From an uncultured bacterium (GTDB lineage: Bacteria > Cyanobacteriota > Cyanobacteriia > CACIAM-69d): a DNA stretch of 32,000 nucleotides. The position numbers and the translations under genes were made by a program. The number at the start of each line of letters is the position of its first letter. Within the stretch, counting starts at the first letter, position 1. This document shows positions 15,674 through 25,389 of the stretch, piece after piece. A model generated the notes under the pieces. That model saw nothing but the letters and a program-made list of their open reading frames with translations. It did no database searches and was not told the DNA's origin. The stretch spans positions 562 to 32,561 of the forward strand of contig CAZZMD010000053.1 of NCBI GenBank assembly GCA_964655355.1, read 5' to 3'.

Positions 15674-17428
15674 TTACATGCGTTCTAGTACGTCAATGCC
15701 CAACAGTCCTAGTCCCAGTTTTAGGGTGCGGGCGGTTAGGTCGCATAGCATTAGGCGGGAGAGGCGATCGCTTTCATCGGCCTGGAGGACGGGGCATTTG
15801 TCGTAAAACTGGTTGAATTTTTTGCTCAGTTCATAGAGGTATTCGCAGAGGCGGTTGGGCATTAGCTCTTGAGAGATGCCGTCTAGCACTTCGTCCAGTT
15901 TTAGGATGTGCTTGGCGAGGGTGAGTTCTGCGTCTTCTTTTAGGGCGATCGCTGAGCTATCCAACTCAGAAAAATCAACGCCTCCTTTGCGGCTAATGCT
16001 TTGGATCCGGGCGAAGGCGTAGAGCAGGTAGGGGGCGGTGTTGCCCTGGAGGGTCAGCATTTTGTCGTAGCTGAAGGCGTAGTTGCTGGTGCGGTTTTGG
16101 CTGAGGTCCGCATATTTCACCGCGCCAATGCCGACTTTTTTCGACACTTCATCGATAAAGGCTGGCGATTCTTCCCGTTCTTCTTCCGCTAGCCGGGTTT
16201 CGAGATCTGCGCGTGATCGCGATACCGCCTCATCCAACAAATCCCGTAGCTTGGGCGTGTCTCCGGACCGGGTTTTGAGTTTCTTGCCGTCTGCCCCCTG
16301 GACCAATCCAAAGGGGACGTGGGTTAGCTCCACCGCATCGGGGGCTAGCGCCACTTTGCGCGCTACTTGAAAAACCTGGGTGAAATGGTTGGCCTGACCG
16401 GAGTCCGTCACATATAAAATTCGCTCCGCTTGGTCGTCCCGGACCCGGTACCGAATCGCCGCTAGGTCCGTGGTGGCATAGTTATAGCCGCCGTCCGATT
16501 TCTGCACAATCAACGGCAACGGGTCGCCTGCCTTATTGGTAAACCCGTCCAAAAAGACGCATTGCGCCCCCTGGTCCTCCACCAGCAAGCCGGAGTCCTT
16601 CACCTCCGCTACGGTGTCCGCCAACATCGGGTTATAGAACGACTCCCCCCGTTCCGTTAATTTCACGTCGAGGCGATCGTAAATCTTTTGAAACTCTTTG
16701 CGGGATTGTTCGCATAGCAACGCCCACGCTTTGCGGCTTTCTTCGTCGCCCCCTTGCAGTTTGACGACGCCTTCCCGCGATCGCTCTTTAAAATCCTCGT
16801 CCTCATCAAAGCGCTTTTTCGCCCGCTGATAAAACGCCACCAAATCCCCAATGTCTACCGCATCCGCTTGGGTTAGCGCCTCTGGGCATTCCTCCCGCAA
16901 ATGGGTGATCAACATTCCGAATTGGGTGCCCCAATCGCCCACATGGTTCAGGCGCAGGACATCGTGCCCCAAAAATTCCAAAATTCGGGCGATCGCATCT
17001 CCAATAATCGTGGAGCGTAGATGCCCCACGTGCATTTCCTTCGCGATATTCGGGCTGGAAAAGTCGACGATTACCCGTTGGGGCGTTTCGACGGGGGCAA
17101 TGCCTAGGCGATCGCTCTGCTGCATGTCCTGGAGTTGCTGGTTCAGATACGCCGGCTTCAGGGTGAAGTTGATAAAGCCCGGCCCGGCGATCGTGGGTGT
17201 CTCACACAGCGCCGCTACGTCTAAATTTTCTAGAATTCCTTGGGCGATTTGGCGGGGGGCTTTGCCTAGGGTTTTTGCGAGGGGAAGGGCAATATTGGCC
17301 TGATAATCCCCAAATTTTGGATTGTTCGTCGCTGCTAGCAACGGGTCAGTGCCTGCGAGGTCCGCCCCAAAGGCTGCCACCAGTGCCTGATCGAGTTGTT
17401 GAGACAGATAGGCGATCGCATCTTTCAT
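15674..17428 (-). CDS. argS: Arginine--tRNA ligase
   Basis: 584 aa. It has a class I HIGH-type motif ([15 protein letters not shown]), the characteristic ArgS C-terminal DALR anticodon-binding region, and a terminal ...VLERM. Confidence 0.95.
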   Translation of the reverse strand: MKDAIAYLSQQLDQALVAAFGADLAGTDPLLAATNNPKFGDYQANIALPLAKTLGKAPRQIAQGILENLDVAALCETPTIAGPGFINFTLKPAYLNQQLQDMQQSDRLGIAPVETPQRVIVDFSSPNIAKEMHVGHLRSTIIGDAIARILEFLGHDVLRLNHVGDWGTQFGMLITHLREECPEALTQADAVDIGDLVAFYQRAKKRFDEDEDFKERSREGVVKLQGGDEESRKAWALLCEQSRKEFQKIYDRLDVKLTERGESFYNPMLADTVAEVKDSGLLVEDQGAQCVFLDGFTNKAGDPLPLIVQKSDGGYNYATTDLAAIRYRVRDDQAERILYVTDSGQANHFTQVFQVARKVALAPDAVELTHVPFGLVQGADGKKLKTRSGDTPKLRDLLDEAVSRSRADLETRLAEEEREESPAFIDEVSKKVGIGAVKYADLSQNRTSNYAFSYDKMLTLQGNTAPYLLYAFARIQSISRKGGVDFSELDSSAIALKEDAELTLAKHILKLDEVLDGISQELMPNRLCEYLYELSKKFNQFYDKCPVLQADESDRLSRLMLCDLTARTLKLGLGLLGIDVLERM

Positions 17429-17545
17429 GGACCCAGGCGCCGCAAAGGGCGAATAACAGCAACGACTAAACTATACCGATCCGAACCGCTCGTAAAACCG
17501 ATTCGGAAAACCAATCTAAAAATCAGCCTTGCAAAATTAAGCATT

Positions 17546-17587
17546 AAAAAACAGGACCAGTCCGGTTGGGAATGATCCTGCTTTTTT
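17546..17587 (-). terminator. Rho-independent terminator downstream of tRNA-Pro (partly bidirectional)
   Basis: On the minus strand: an 8-bp stem CAGGAUCA/UGGUCCUG (one G-U pair; 17552-17559 with 17573-17580), a 13-nt loop, then U6 (plus-strand A-run 17546-17551). A T-run (17582-17587) also follows on the plus strand. Confidence 0.55.
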
Positions 17588-17631
17588 GGGGTTAAAAACT
17601 TGTTGCCAAGTTCAGGGATGATGCTTTTGAA

Positions 17632-17705
17632 TCGGAGCGGCGGGATTTGAACCCACGACCCCTACTACCCCAAAGTAGTGCGCTACCAAGCTGCGCTACG
17701 CCCCG
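17632..17705 (-). tRNA. tRNA-Pro, anticodon GGG
   Basis: A 74-nt cloverleaf folded by hand. Acceptor CGGGGCG/CGCTCCG (C1-G72, one G-T pair). D arm GCGC-AGCTTGGTA-GCGC. Anticodon arm CTACT-TTGGGGT-AGTAG with U33, GGG at 34-36 and G37. Variable loop GGGTC. T arm GTGGG-TTCAAAT-CCCGC. Discriminator A. CCA is not encoded. Confidence 0.9.
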
Positions 17706-17796
17706 AAGGCTTAGACAGAATAACACAATCGTTCGCCGTTCCAGAAAATTTTTTTGGCGGAGTGGAGCAACGCCAAACTCCCCCTCAAAATCCGCT

Positions 17797-18162
17797 TCAA
17801 AATCCGCTCTGGGTGGGCAGGGTTTGCAGGAGGGGGGCGATCGCCTCGGGGGGCCAACTGCCTTCCGCTCGCCGCCCAGATTTTAAGACAATGCGCACCC
17901 CATAGGCTGCGGCATACCCTTCTGCCCCCAGCCATAACCAGTCCCCTTCCACTTCGCAGGCGATTTTTTCTTCGTCCATGAGTTCCGATGCTATCGCTCG
18001 TACCGCGTCCGATAGGGAGACCAACAACCGTTGAAATTCATCCCATTCGGCCCAGGTCAGCTCCAGCGCCCAATCCTCGGCTCCAATTAATCCGGGAAAA
18101 TCTTGCTGGGCGGGATCCCATCCCAGTCGCCAGCCGTCCCCCCGTTTCAAAATGCGTGTCAC
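17797..18162 (-). CDS. Conserved cyanobacterial protein, DUF1818-like
   Basis: 121 aa. MTRILKRGDGWRLGWDP...FPGLIGAEDWALELT..EW.EF..L...ELMDEEKI.CE.E...LWL.AEGY...Y..R..L..GRRAEG.WP matches my memory of the DUF1818 family pattern. Not verifiable here. Confidence 0.6.
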   Translation of the reverse strand: MTRILKRGDGWRLGWDPAQQDFPGLIGAEDWALELTWAEWDEFQRLLVSLSDAVRAIASELMDEEKIACEVEGDWLWLGAEGYAAAYGVRIVLKSGRRAEGSWPPEAIAPLLQTLPTQSGF

Positions 18163-18183
18163 CCGCTTCGGTCTCCCGGCTCC

Positions 18184-18783
18184 CTATAACAGGTCTGTGG
18201 CGTTGCCCGATGAGGGGGGCGGGGCGGGCGTTTCGCGGTTTTGGCTTGGGGTGTTGTTCTGGGGATCGGGGGCTTCATCCGGCGCGAAAGCATCCACGAG
18301 GGCGGCGACTAGGCGCTGACGCTGCTCGCGATTAAGCTGGGCGAGGGCTGCCATATCGTCACTGCGGGGATTTTGGGTTAGGGCTCCATTGCCCGGATAG
18401 GTTTCGATGGGAATCGTCTCATTCAGCCCCAGGTAGTCCCCTAGGGTGAGCTTCCAGTCCAGCCGGAACAGGGGCGATCGCCCGCGGGAGTAGAGGTGAT
18501 ATCGCATCAATCGCTTGACGAGCGTATTTTGCGGATCCACTTCTTGGGTCGACCGGTCTACGTAGGTATTGCCTTTGGAGAGTTCGGGCACCCGTTCGTG
18601 GACCTGCCAATGGCGATCGCCAATGATGATCGATACCTGGGCTTGGGCGGAAAGGTGGGCCGCAAACGGATGGGGCGATCGCCCCTGGAGTGGTAGCCAG
18701 CTATTTAAGCTCTCCAGCGGAGTGAACCCCGCCGCAATGCCTAACGCTATTCCTCCCAGCCATACTAGCGATCGCCGCATCAT
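18184..18783 (-). CDS. Hypothetical secreted or membrane-anchored protein
   Basis: 199-aa ORF. It has an N-terminal signal/anchor (MMRRSLVWLGGIALGIAAGF) and a Pro/Asn/Gln-rich C-terminus. I recognise no motif. It is co-oriented between rpoZ and the DUF1818 gene with short gaps (40 and 21 nt). Confidence 0.55.
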   Translation of the reverse strand: MMRRSLVWLGGIALGIAAGFTPLESLNSWLPLQGRSPHPFAAHLSAQAQVSIIIGDRHWQVHERVPELSKGNTYVDRSTQEVDPQNTLVKRLMRYHLYSRGRSPLFRLDWKLTLGDYLGLNETIPIETYPGNGALTQNPRSDDMAALAQLNREQRQRLVAALVDAFAPDEAPDPQNNTPSQNRETPAPPPSSGNATDLL

Positions 18784-18822
18784 CCTTACCCGCTCTGCCG
18801 TTTGGACTATTTTGATCGACCT

Positions 18823-19053
18823 TTAAACGCCAATAATATCCGGCTGGGTCAACTCGTCGGACATTTCGACGATCGCCCGCAATACGGGCTTCATCATTAC
18901 ATCGTCGCCATTGTCAAAATCTTCATAGCGCCGACGCTTCGCCCGGTTCGCCACCTGCACCGTAATTCGGTAGCGATTTGAGGCCGCATCAATCAACTCC
19001 TCCGCCCGCGCCATCAATTCCGCCGTTTCCAAACCCGATGCATATCTACTCAT
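18823..19053 (-). CDS. rpoZ: DNA-directed RNA polymerase subunit omega
   Basis: The internal start MSRYASGLE (ATG 19053..19051) gives 76 aa. The core is the highly conserved cyanobacterial RpoZ sequence ([57 protein letters not shown]). The longer track ORF (to 19137) adds a non-conserved Arg/Phe-rich extension. Confidence 0.85.
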   Translation of the reverse strand: MSRYASGLETAELMARAEELIDAASNRYRITVQVANRAKRRRYEDFDNGDDVMMKPVLRAIVEMSDELTQPDIIGV

Positions 19054-19289
19054 TAGCTTTAGCCTTTTAGCCTGATTAAATCCAAACAGCACTGAAGTCG
19101 GGCACCGCCGAAACCGATCAAGCCTAGCGATACCCAAGGAATCTCTAGCTTAACAGGTCCCTGGAAACCCTTTTCTGCTCCCGGCTAACCCCCTTTCCCT
19201 TGCCCTAGATACGGTTCAGATAGCCTTGCCCGAGACAATCATTATTCGGACATTGTTCGGATCCTGTCCGCCGGGATAGGATATTCCCC

Positions 19290-20258
19290 ATGGCCACGAT
19301 TCATGTCCGCTCCATTCCTCACCATTACGATCTCAGCGCTCCTCGACCCGGGCGCTGTCCGATTATTTTTATCCATGGTTGGTTGCTCAGTCGACACTAT
19401 TGGCAACCGATGGTGGATTTGTTGTCCGAGGATTATCAGTGTTTGGCCTATGATCTGCGGGGTTTTGGTGATTCTCAACCCGGAGCGGTTGGGGGCGGGA
19501 ACTCGGCGATCGCTCTGAATTCTCTGACTCATTCATCCGCTGACCAATCCAGCCAACGGCGACGGTTTGAGTCCTATACTCCCCGCGCCTATGCGGAAGA
19601 TATTGGGGAACTGATGGATCGGTTGGGGATTGAAAAGGCGTGGCTGGTGGGGCATTCCTTGGGGGGAACGGTTGCTCTTTGGGGCGGCCATCATCTGGGC
19701 GATCGCATTGCTGGAGTGGTTTGCCTTAACGCTGGCGGTGGTATTTACCTTGAGACTGAGTTCCGTACCTTTCGCACGGTCGGACAGCGATTGGTGAAGT
19801 GGCGACCTCGCTGGCTTAAGCACCTGCCCCTCCTCCATTGGGGCCTGTGTTACGACAGTGTCGCTCATCCTTTGCCGGTTCGGTGGGGACGCCAGCGTGT
19901 TCTTGATTTTATGGGGGCAGATAGTGAAGCCGCCTTGGGATCATTGCTCACCTCTACCACCCGTACGGAGGTGCATCGTCTTCCCCATCTGGTGTCCCAA
20001 CTGAAGCAGCCGGCCTATTTTATTGGCGGGCAGGCGGATCCCATTATGGAACCCCGTTATGTGCGCCACTTGGCCAGCTACCATCCCCTATTTGAGCCCA
20101 ATGGGGCCAACCTGATCGAACTCCAGGGCTGTGGCCATCTCGCCATGGTGGAGCAGCCGGGGGCGGTGGTACGCCATCTACGGCAGATTTTGGAGCGTCA
20201 TCCTCGCCCAGCGACTCCCACGGTGCCCCCCCGACAACCTCTTGTGCCGCAACCTTAG
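19290..20258 (+). CDS. Alpha/beta-fold hydrolase
   Basis: 322 aa. It has HGW (oxyanion region, IIFIHGWLLS), the nucleophile elbow GHSLGG, and a C-terminal GCGH catalytic His region. Confidence 0.85.
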   Translation: MATIHVRSIPHHYDLSAPRPGRCPIIFIHGWLLSRHYWQPMVDLLSEDYQCLAYDLRGFGDSQPGAVGGGNSAIALNSLTHSSADQSSQRRRFESYTPRAYAEDIGELMDRLGIEKAWLVGHSLGGTVALWGGHHLGDRIAGVVCLNAGGGIYLETEFRTFRTVGQRLVKWRPRWLKHLPLLHWGLCYDSVAHPLPVRWGRQRVLDFMGADSEAALGSLLTSTTRTEVHRLPHLVSQLKQPAYFIGGQADPIMEPRYVRHLASYHPLFEPNGANLIELQGCGHLAMVEQPGAVVRHLRQILERHPRPATPTVPPRQPLVPQP

Positions 20259-20415
20259 CGATCGCCCTAGCGATCTGGCGATCGCCGGGAATGGACCATG
20301 GGGGGCGTTCCTGTTAGGCGGTTGGGGTGTACAAACTTCAGGGGGATGGGGAGAAAATGTTGAGAAAGGGGACTGAGGGACGGTGGGGGTGGCAAGATGA
20401 AGGGACATCGGAGAT

Positions 20416-20454
20416 ATCAGTGCTTAGTATCAGTGCTTAGCATCAGTGCTTAGT
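20416..20454. repeat. Tandem array, 13-nt unit x3 (atcagtgcttag[t/c]), followed by degenerate AGCGT-containing units to ~20510
   Basis: Units lie at 20416-20428, 20429-20441 and 20442-20454. An AGCGT core recurs at about 20456, 20473, 20486 and 20501. The array lies 84 nt upstream of the FIST gene start. Confidence 0.85.
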
Positions 20455-20537
20455 CAGCGTTACTGTCCAGTCAGCGTTGCCAGTTAGCGTCGATTGAGTG
20501 AGCGTTGAGCAATCATTCCCTGCAGGAGGCAAAGCCC

Positions 20538-21809
20538 ATGACTCTTCAGTTTCAGTGGACCTGTGCCTTGTCCACTCGGGTGTCCTTGGAGGCGGCCGTG
20601 AGGGAGGTCGTGGAACGGGCGACGGCAACGCTGACGATTCCGGCGGATTTGGCGATCGTGTTTATTTCTTCGGCGTTTGCCAGTGAGTTTCCCCGTTTGA
20701 TGCCGCTGTTGAAGGAGGCGTTGGGGGCGCATTATGACGATTTGCCGGCGATTATTGGCTGTGGCGGCGGCGGTGTGGTGGGTACCCACGAGGATGGGCG
20801 GACCGATGAGTTGGAGGATGAGCCGGCGTTGAGTTTGACGTTGGCGGCTTTGCCGGGGGCGCAGGTGACGCCGTTCCACATTAGTCATCGGGCGTTGCCG
20901 GATTTGGATAGTCCGCCGGATGAGTGGTCGGTGTTGGTGGGGGTGGATCCTCAGCATCAGCCGGATTTTGTGTTGTTGGCGGATCCGGCGTTGCGGGAGA
21001 TTAATGAGTTGCTCCAGGGGCTGGATTTTGCTTATCCGGGGTCGGTGAAGGTGGGCGGTTTGGCTAGTGGGGCGGGGATTCGCTCGGGGCGGGTGTTATT
21101 TCATGACTATGAGTCCTATGGGGAGGGCGCGGTTGGGTTGGCCTTGACGGGGGCGGTGAAGATTGAGCCCATTGTGGCCCAGGGATGTCGCCCCATTGGC
21201 AAGCCGTTTTGGGTCACGGAGTGCGATCGCAATGTGGTGTTGAAGGTGGAGGAGCAAACTAAGCCGGATCAGATGTCGGGCAGTGGGGATGATCGGCCGC
21301 CGTTGTTTGTTTTGCGGGAGTTAATCCAAACCTTGGAGGAGGGCGATCGCAAGTTGGCGGAGGAGGCGTTGTTTATTGGGGTGGCGCGGGATGAGTTTCG
21401 GCAAACGTTGGAGCCGGGTGATTTTCTGATTCGTAATTTGATGGGGGTGGATCCTAGTGTGGGGGCGTTGGCCATTGGCGATCGCATTCGGGCGGGGCAG
21501 CGTATTCAGTTCCATTTACGGGATGCCAGCACGTCGGCGGAGGATTTGGAGACGTTGCTCCAGCGATATGTCCTTAAGGCGTCTGAGACGCCGGATCAGC
21601 CGAAGCCGATGGGGGCGCTGATGTTTGCCTGTTTGGGACGGGGGGAAGGGTTATATGGGGAGCCTAATTTTGATTCGGGGATTTTGCATCAGGTGTTGGG
21701 ACCGATGCCGGTGGGTGGTTTTTTCTGCAATGGCGAGTTAGGACCGGTGGGAAATACAACCTTTGTCCACGGCTATACGTCAGTGTTTGGGCTGATTCGA
21801 CCGACTTAG
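20538..21809 (+). CDS. FIST-domain (FIST N + FIST C) putative sensory protein
   Basis: The start is taken at MTLQFQW (ATG 20538), which is preceded by AGGAGG at 20524-20529. About 423 aa. The overall pattern (N-terminal ...AxxAxREV..., internal GCGGGGV.G, C-terminal FFCNGELGP.G...F.HGYT) is typical of FIST N/C proteins. Confidence 0.75.
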   Translation: MTLQFQWTCALSTRVSLEAAVREVVERATATLTIPADLAIVFISSAFASEFPRLMPLLKEALGAHYDDLPAIIGCGGGGVVGTHEDGRTDELEDEPALSLTLAALPGAQVTPFHISHRALPDLDSPPDEWSVLVGVDPQHQPDFVLLADPALREINELLQGLDFAYPGSVKVGGLASGAGIRSGRVLFHDYESYGEGAVGLALTGAVKIEPIVAQGCRPIGKPFWVTECDRNVVLKVEEQTKPDQMSGSGDDRPPLFVLRELIQTLEEGDRKLAEEALFIGVARDEFRQTLEPGDFLIRNLMGVDPSVGALAIGDRIRAGQRIQFHLRDASTSAEDLETLLQRYVLKASETPDQPKPMGALMFACLGRGEGLYGEPNFDSGILHQVLGPMPVGGFFCNGELGPVGNTTFVHGYTSVFGLIRPT

Positions 21810-21844
21810 GGATATTGTTCAGGGATGTTTCCTGGGCGGTTGGG

Positions 21845-21896
21845 CTGTGAAGTTGAAATCTGTCTCTGTGAATGTCTCTGTGAAGCTGAGATCTGT
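21845..21896. repeat. Short nested direct repeats (12-nt tgtctctgtgaa x2; 19-mer ctgtgaag[t/c]tga[a/g]atctgt x2)
   Basis: The 12-mers lie at 21861-21872 and 21873-21884. The 19-mers lie at 21845-21863 and 21878-21896, with 2 mismatches. The repeats sit in the FIST-to-GH38 intergenic region. Confidence 0.7.
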
Positions 21897-22044
21897 GCGG
21901 ATTGCGCCTGACTGCCGCTGAATATTGTTGCTGTGCGGTGCTGCCCGGGGGCTATGGCTTAGGCTGGGACTGGGTGGCTCGGACACAGTGGCTTTTACCT
22001 TAGCCTTTTAGCGCTCACCCTGCTCTCTGATTTTGAAGTGACCT

Positions 22045-25000
22045 ATGGCTGCAGCTCCGTTGATTGATCCTTCCATTGCCCAGGTGTTGCGACGGTTGCG
22101 ATCGCTTACCCAGTGGGATGTGCGGGATCGGTGGCGGGTGCATGTTGGGGATTTACCGGTGGCGACGGCGACGGATCCTCTGGCTTGGGAGGATTGGGCG
22201 ATTCCGCCTCAGGATGATCGCGGCTATTTGATGGGCGATCGGGGGCGGCAGGTGCGTTGGCTGGGGCAGGTGATTACGGTCCCGGAAGCATTAACGGCGG
22301 ATGGGTGGCCGTTGGCGGGGTTACGGTTGCGGTTTGCGTTGGGGTGGTGGTCGGAGGATGCCCAGGTTTATGTGAATGGGCGGTTGGTGCAGGCGGGGGA
22401 TTTATTTGATTGTTTTTGTCGGGTGGTGTTGTCGGAGGCGGTGACGGTGGGGGAGTCCTGGACCGTTGCTGTTCGGTTGGTGAGTCCGGGCCATGATGAT
22501 GGGGCCCTGGTGCGATCGCGGTTGATCTATGAGCCGACGGATTTTGACCCGGAGTTATTGAACCCGGATGCGTCGTTGGATCCGGGGTTTGTGGCGGATG
22601 AGTTGGAGACGGTGCAGCGGTTTTTGAGTGCGGGCATCTTTCCTAAATTTACGTTGCGATCGCAGGACCGTGCCCAGGCGGATTTCAATCAAAAACTTGA
22701 TTATTTGAATTGGTCGACCACGGACGGCGATGGGGTGGATCAGGCGATGTTGGTGTCTTCGATTCAGCGTATTCGTCTGCAACTGTTGCAGCAGGGGTGG
22801 TCCCACTGTCTGAAGGAGCGCACCATTGAGCCCGTTGGCCATGCCCATTTGGATATGGTTTGGTTGTGGCCCCTGGCGGAAACCTATGGGGTGGCGGAGA
22901 AGACGTTTGAGTCGGTCCTTAAACTGCAATCTATTAATGCTGATCTCACCTTTTGCCATTCCAGTCCTGCTTTGTTGGAGTGGATTGAAATCAATCGCCC
23001 TGACTTATTCCGCCGGATCCAAGAGGCGGTTAAGGCGGGGCAGTTTGAAATTGCGGCGGGGCTTTGGATTGAGCCGGAGTTTAATTTGATTGGGGGGGAG
23101 GCGATCGCTCGCCAATTGCTCTATGGACAGCGATATGTGCAGGAAAAATTTAAGGATTCTCGTGGGGAATCCATTGCTACTAAAATTGCCTGGTTGCCGG
23201 ATAGTTTTGGGTTTTGTTGGCAGTTACCCCAGTTTTTTAAGCAGGCGGGCATTGATTATTTTCTGACCCAAAAATTGCGGTGGAATGATTCCACTGAGTT
23301 TCCCCATGAGCTATTCCATTGGACGGCTCCAGATGGCACTCAAATTCTGACGGTGATGATGCCCCCCATTGGTACCGATACGGATCCCATTGCCATGGGA
23401 CAGCGGGCGATCGCTTGGGAGACCGCAACGGGTGATCGCCATCCCCTATGGCTTCCGGGGGTGGGGGATCATGGTGGTGGCCCCAGTCAGGACATGCTCG
23501 ATGTAGCCCATCAGTGGCAGCGATCGCCCCTGTTTCCTGAGATTCAATTTAAGACCGGGATTGACCATTGCGATCGCTTGGAAAAACGTTTAATTGAGGC
23601 AGATCAGCTCCCCGCTTTGCCGGAATGGAAGGATGAACTTTATTTGGAATTCCATCGGGGGTGTTACACCACCCATGGGGATCAAAAACTGGCGAATCGC
23701 ACCTGTGAAAATCTGCTTTTTGAGGCGGAGTTATGGTTGTCTTTGGCGGGAATTCAAGGGCTATTGACGACTGAGGAAAGTCAGGGTCATCACGACCAGT
23801 TACAGGCGGCGTGGAAAAAGGTTTTATTGAATCAGTTTCATGACATTTTGCCGGGGTCTGCGGTGCCTGAGGCTTATATGGATGCGAATCAGGATTGGGG
23901 GTTTGCTGAGGGGACGGCTCGCTCGGTGCTGAATGCGGTGATGGGGCGATGGGGGCGGGCGATGGTGCTTGATGCGAAGCCCAGTGATGATGCGATTCCC
24001 TATCTGGTTTTTAATTCGGTGGACGGTGAGCGGGTCAGTAGCGTTGAGGTGGTTATCCCAGGGGCTAAGCCGGATGTGCATTGGCAAGTAACCGATAGCC
24101 GGGGGGAGTTGCTGCAATCACAGATTCTTTGTTCACGGGATGATGATGGGGGCGATCGCTCATTGCTGATTGCGTTGCCTCCGTTTGTTGGGATTGGCTA
24201 TCAGGTGATTTATTTGCAGCCTGGGACCGCGACGGAAGATGCGACAGGAGAAGAATTGCCTGAGGATACTGGTCTGGGGCAGTTGAATGGCGTGGCGATT
24301 GGGTCTGAATGCCAGTTGTCTAATGATTTTGTTCGGATGGAAATTGACCCGGAGACGGGGTTGATTGCGCGGCTGATCGATAAGAGCGCCGATGGGACTG
24401 TGATGACCGGTCCGGGGCCGCAGCTCCAGCTATTTAAGGATGACGGGCAATATTGGGATGCATGGAATATTGATCCAGAGTATGAGACCCATCGGTTGGC
24501 CGATCCGAAGTTGGTGGATATCGCTTGGTTGGAGCAGGGGCCCCTACGCCAATGTCTCAGGACAGTTTTTCTGTGGGGTGATTCGACCTTTGAGCAGGAT
24601 TACATCCTGGATGCGACGGATCCTTATGTGACGGTGAAAACCCGTGTCCATTGGAAAGAGCGCCATGTGTTGCTGAAAATGGCGATCGCGGTGGATGAGG
24701 CTTGGGACCAGGCGACCTATCATATTCCTGGCGGGGCGATCGCTCGGCCGACCCGTCCTAAGACCGAGGCGGAAAAGGCGAAGTGGGAAGTGCCTGCGTT
24801 GCAGTGGGCGGATTTAAGTAGCCCGGACCAGACTGGTGGGCTGAGTATTTTGAACGATTGCAAGCATGGCTATGATGCTAAGCCGGGGCTGTTGCGATTG
24901 ACCCTATTGCGGGGGGCGACGTGGCCCAATCCTGATGCGGATCGCGGCGAGCATTGTTTTAGCTATGCCCTGTATCCCCACGGCGGATCCTGGCAGGATG

Positions 25001-25389
25001 CCGGAACGATGCACCATGGGGACTGTTTTAATCGACCTCTGCGGGCGATCGCGATCGTCCCCGATGCGCCATCGGTGAATTCCCAGATAAAGGCCCAACC
25101 GGCGGCGGCGACGCTCCTCTCCCTGGGACAACCTAATCTCCGACTGATGACCCTGAAGCGATCGGAAGACCATTCCCAAAGTTGGATTCTGCGCTGCCAT
25201 GAAAGTGCGGGTGAATCCGCTTCCCTGGCCAATGCCAAGCTCGGCCGCCAGCCTTTGCTGAATGCGGATGCTGTCCAGATGACTGATTTACTTGAGCAGC
25301 CGGGCTCTGAGGTGCCCGAAACTCTGACCCCGTGGCAAATTGCAACGTTCAAATTTGCTCAGAATTGCTCAAAAATAAACTCAGTGTGA
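22045..25389 (+). CDS. Glycoside hydrolase family 38 alpha-mannosidase
   Basis: 1114 aa. It has the GH38 N-terminal catalytic signature (VGHAHLDMVWLWP ... WLPDSFG), central and C-terminal GH38 domains, and a size typical of bacterial cytosolic alpha-mannosidases. Confidence 0.9.
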   Translation: MAAAPLIDPSIAQVLRRLRSLTQWDVRDRWRVHVGDLPVATATDPLAWEDWAIPPQDDRGYLMGDRGRQVRWLGQVITVPEALTADGWPLAGLRLRFALGWWSEDAQVYVNGRLVQAGDLFDCFCRVVLSEAVTVGESWTVAVRLVSPGHDDGALVRSRLIYEPTDFDPELLNPDASLDPGFVADELETVQRFLSAGIFPKFTLRSQDRAQADFNQKLDYLNWSTTDGDGVDQAMLVSSIQRIRLQLLQQGWSHCLKERTIEPVGHAHLDMVWLWPLAETYGVAEKTFESVLKLQSINADLTFCHSSPALLEWIEINRPDLFRRIQEAVKAGQFEIAAGLWIEPEFNLIGGEAIARQLLYGQRYVQEKFKDSRGESIATKIAWLPDSFGFCWQLPQFFKQAGIDYFLTQKLRWNDSTEFPHELFHWTAPDGTQILTVMMPPIGTDTDPIAMGQRAIAWETATGDRHPLWLPGVGDHGGGPSQDMLDVAHQWQRSPLFPEIQFKTGIDHCDRLEKRLIEADQLPALPEWKDELYLEFHRGCYTTHGDQKLANRTCENLLFEAELWLSLAGIQGLLTTEESQGHHDQLQAAWKKVLLNQFHDILPGSAVPEAYMDANQDWGFAEGTARSVLNAVMGRWGRAMVLDAKPSDDAIPYLVFNSVDGERVSSVEVVIPGAKPDVHWQVTDSRGELLQSQILCSRDDDGGDRSLLIALPPFVGIGYQVIYLQPGTATEDATGEELPEDTGLGQLNGVAIGSECQLSNDFVRMEIDPETGLIARLIDKSADGTVMTGPGPQLQLFKDDGQYWDAWNIDPEYETHRLADPKLVDIAWLEQGPLRQCLRTVFLWGDSTFEQDYILDATDPYVTVKTRVHWKERHVLLKMAIAVDEAWDQATYHIPGGAIARPTRPKTEAEKAKWEVPALQWADLSSPDQTGGLSILNDCKHGYDAKPGLLRLTLLRGATWPNPDADRGEHCFSYALYPHGGSWQDAGTMHHGDCFNRPLRAIAIVPDAPSVNSQIKAQPAAATLLSLGQPNLRLMTLKRSEDHSQSWILRCHESAGESASLANAKLGRQPLLNADAVQMTDLLEQPGSEVPETLTPWQIATFKFAQNCSKINSV

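Noticed and set aside
17430-17800. tRNA-Pro flank examined as a possible integration hotspot or genomic island boundary
   Set aside because: There is no integrase, no direct repeat of the tRNA 3' end and no compositional break. The neighbours are argS and conserved cyanobacterial genes.
17647-17981. Several 74-79-aa ORFs on both strands overlapping the tRNA-Pro gene and the DUF1818 3' region
   Set aside because: They overlap a well-folded tRNA and a better-supported CDS. Their low-complexity Arg/Pro-rich products point to artefacts.
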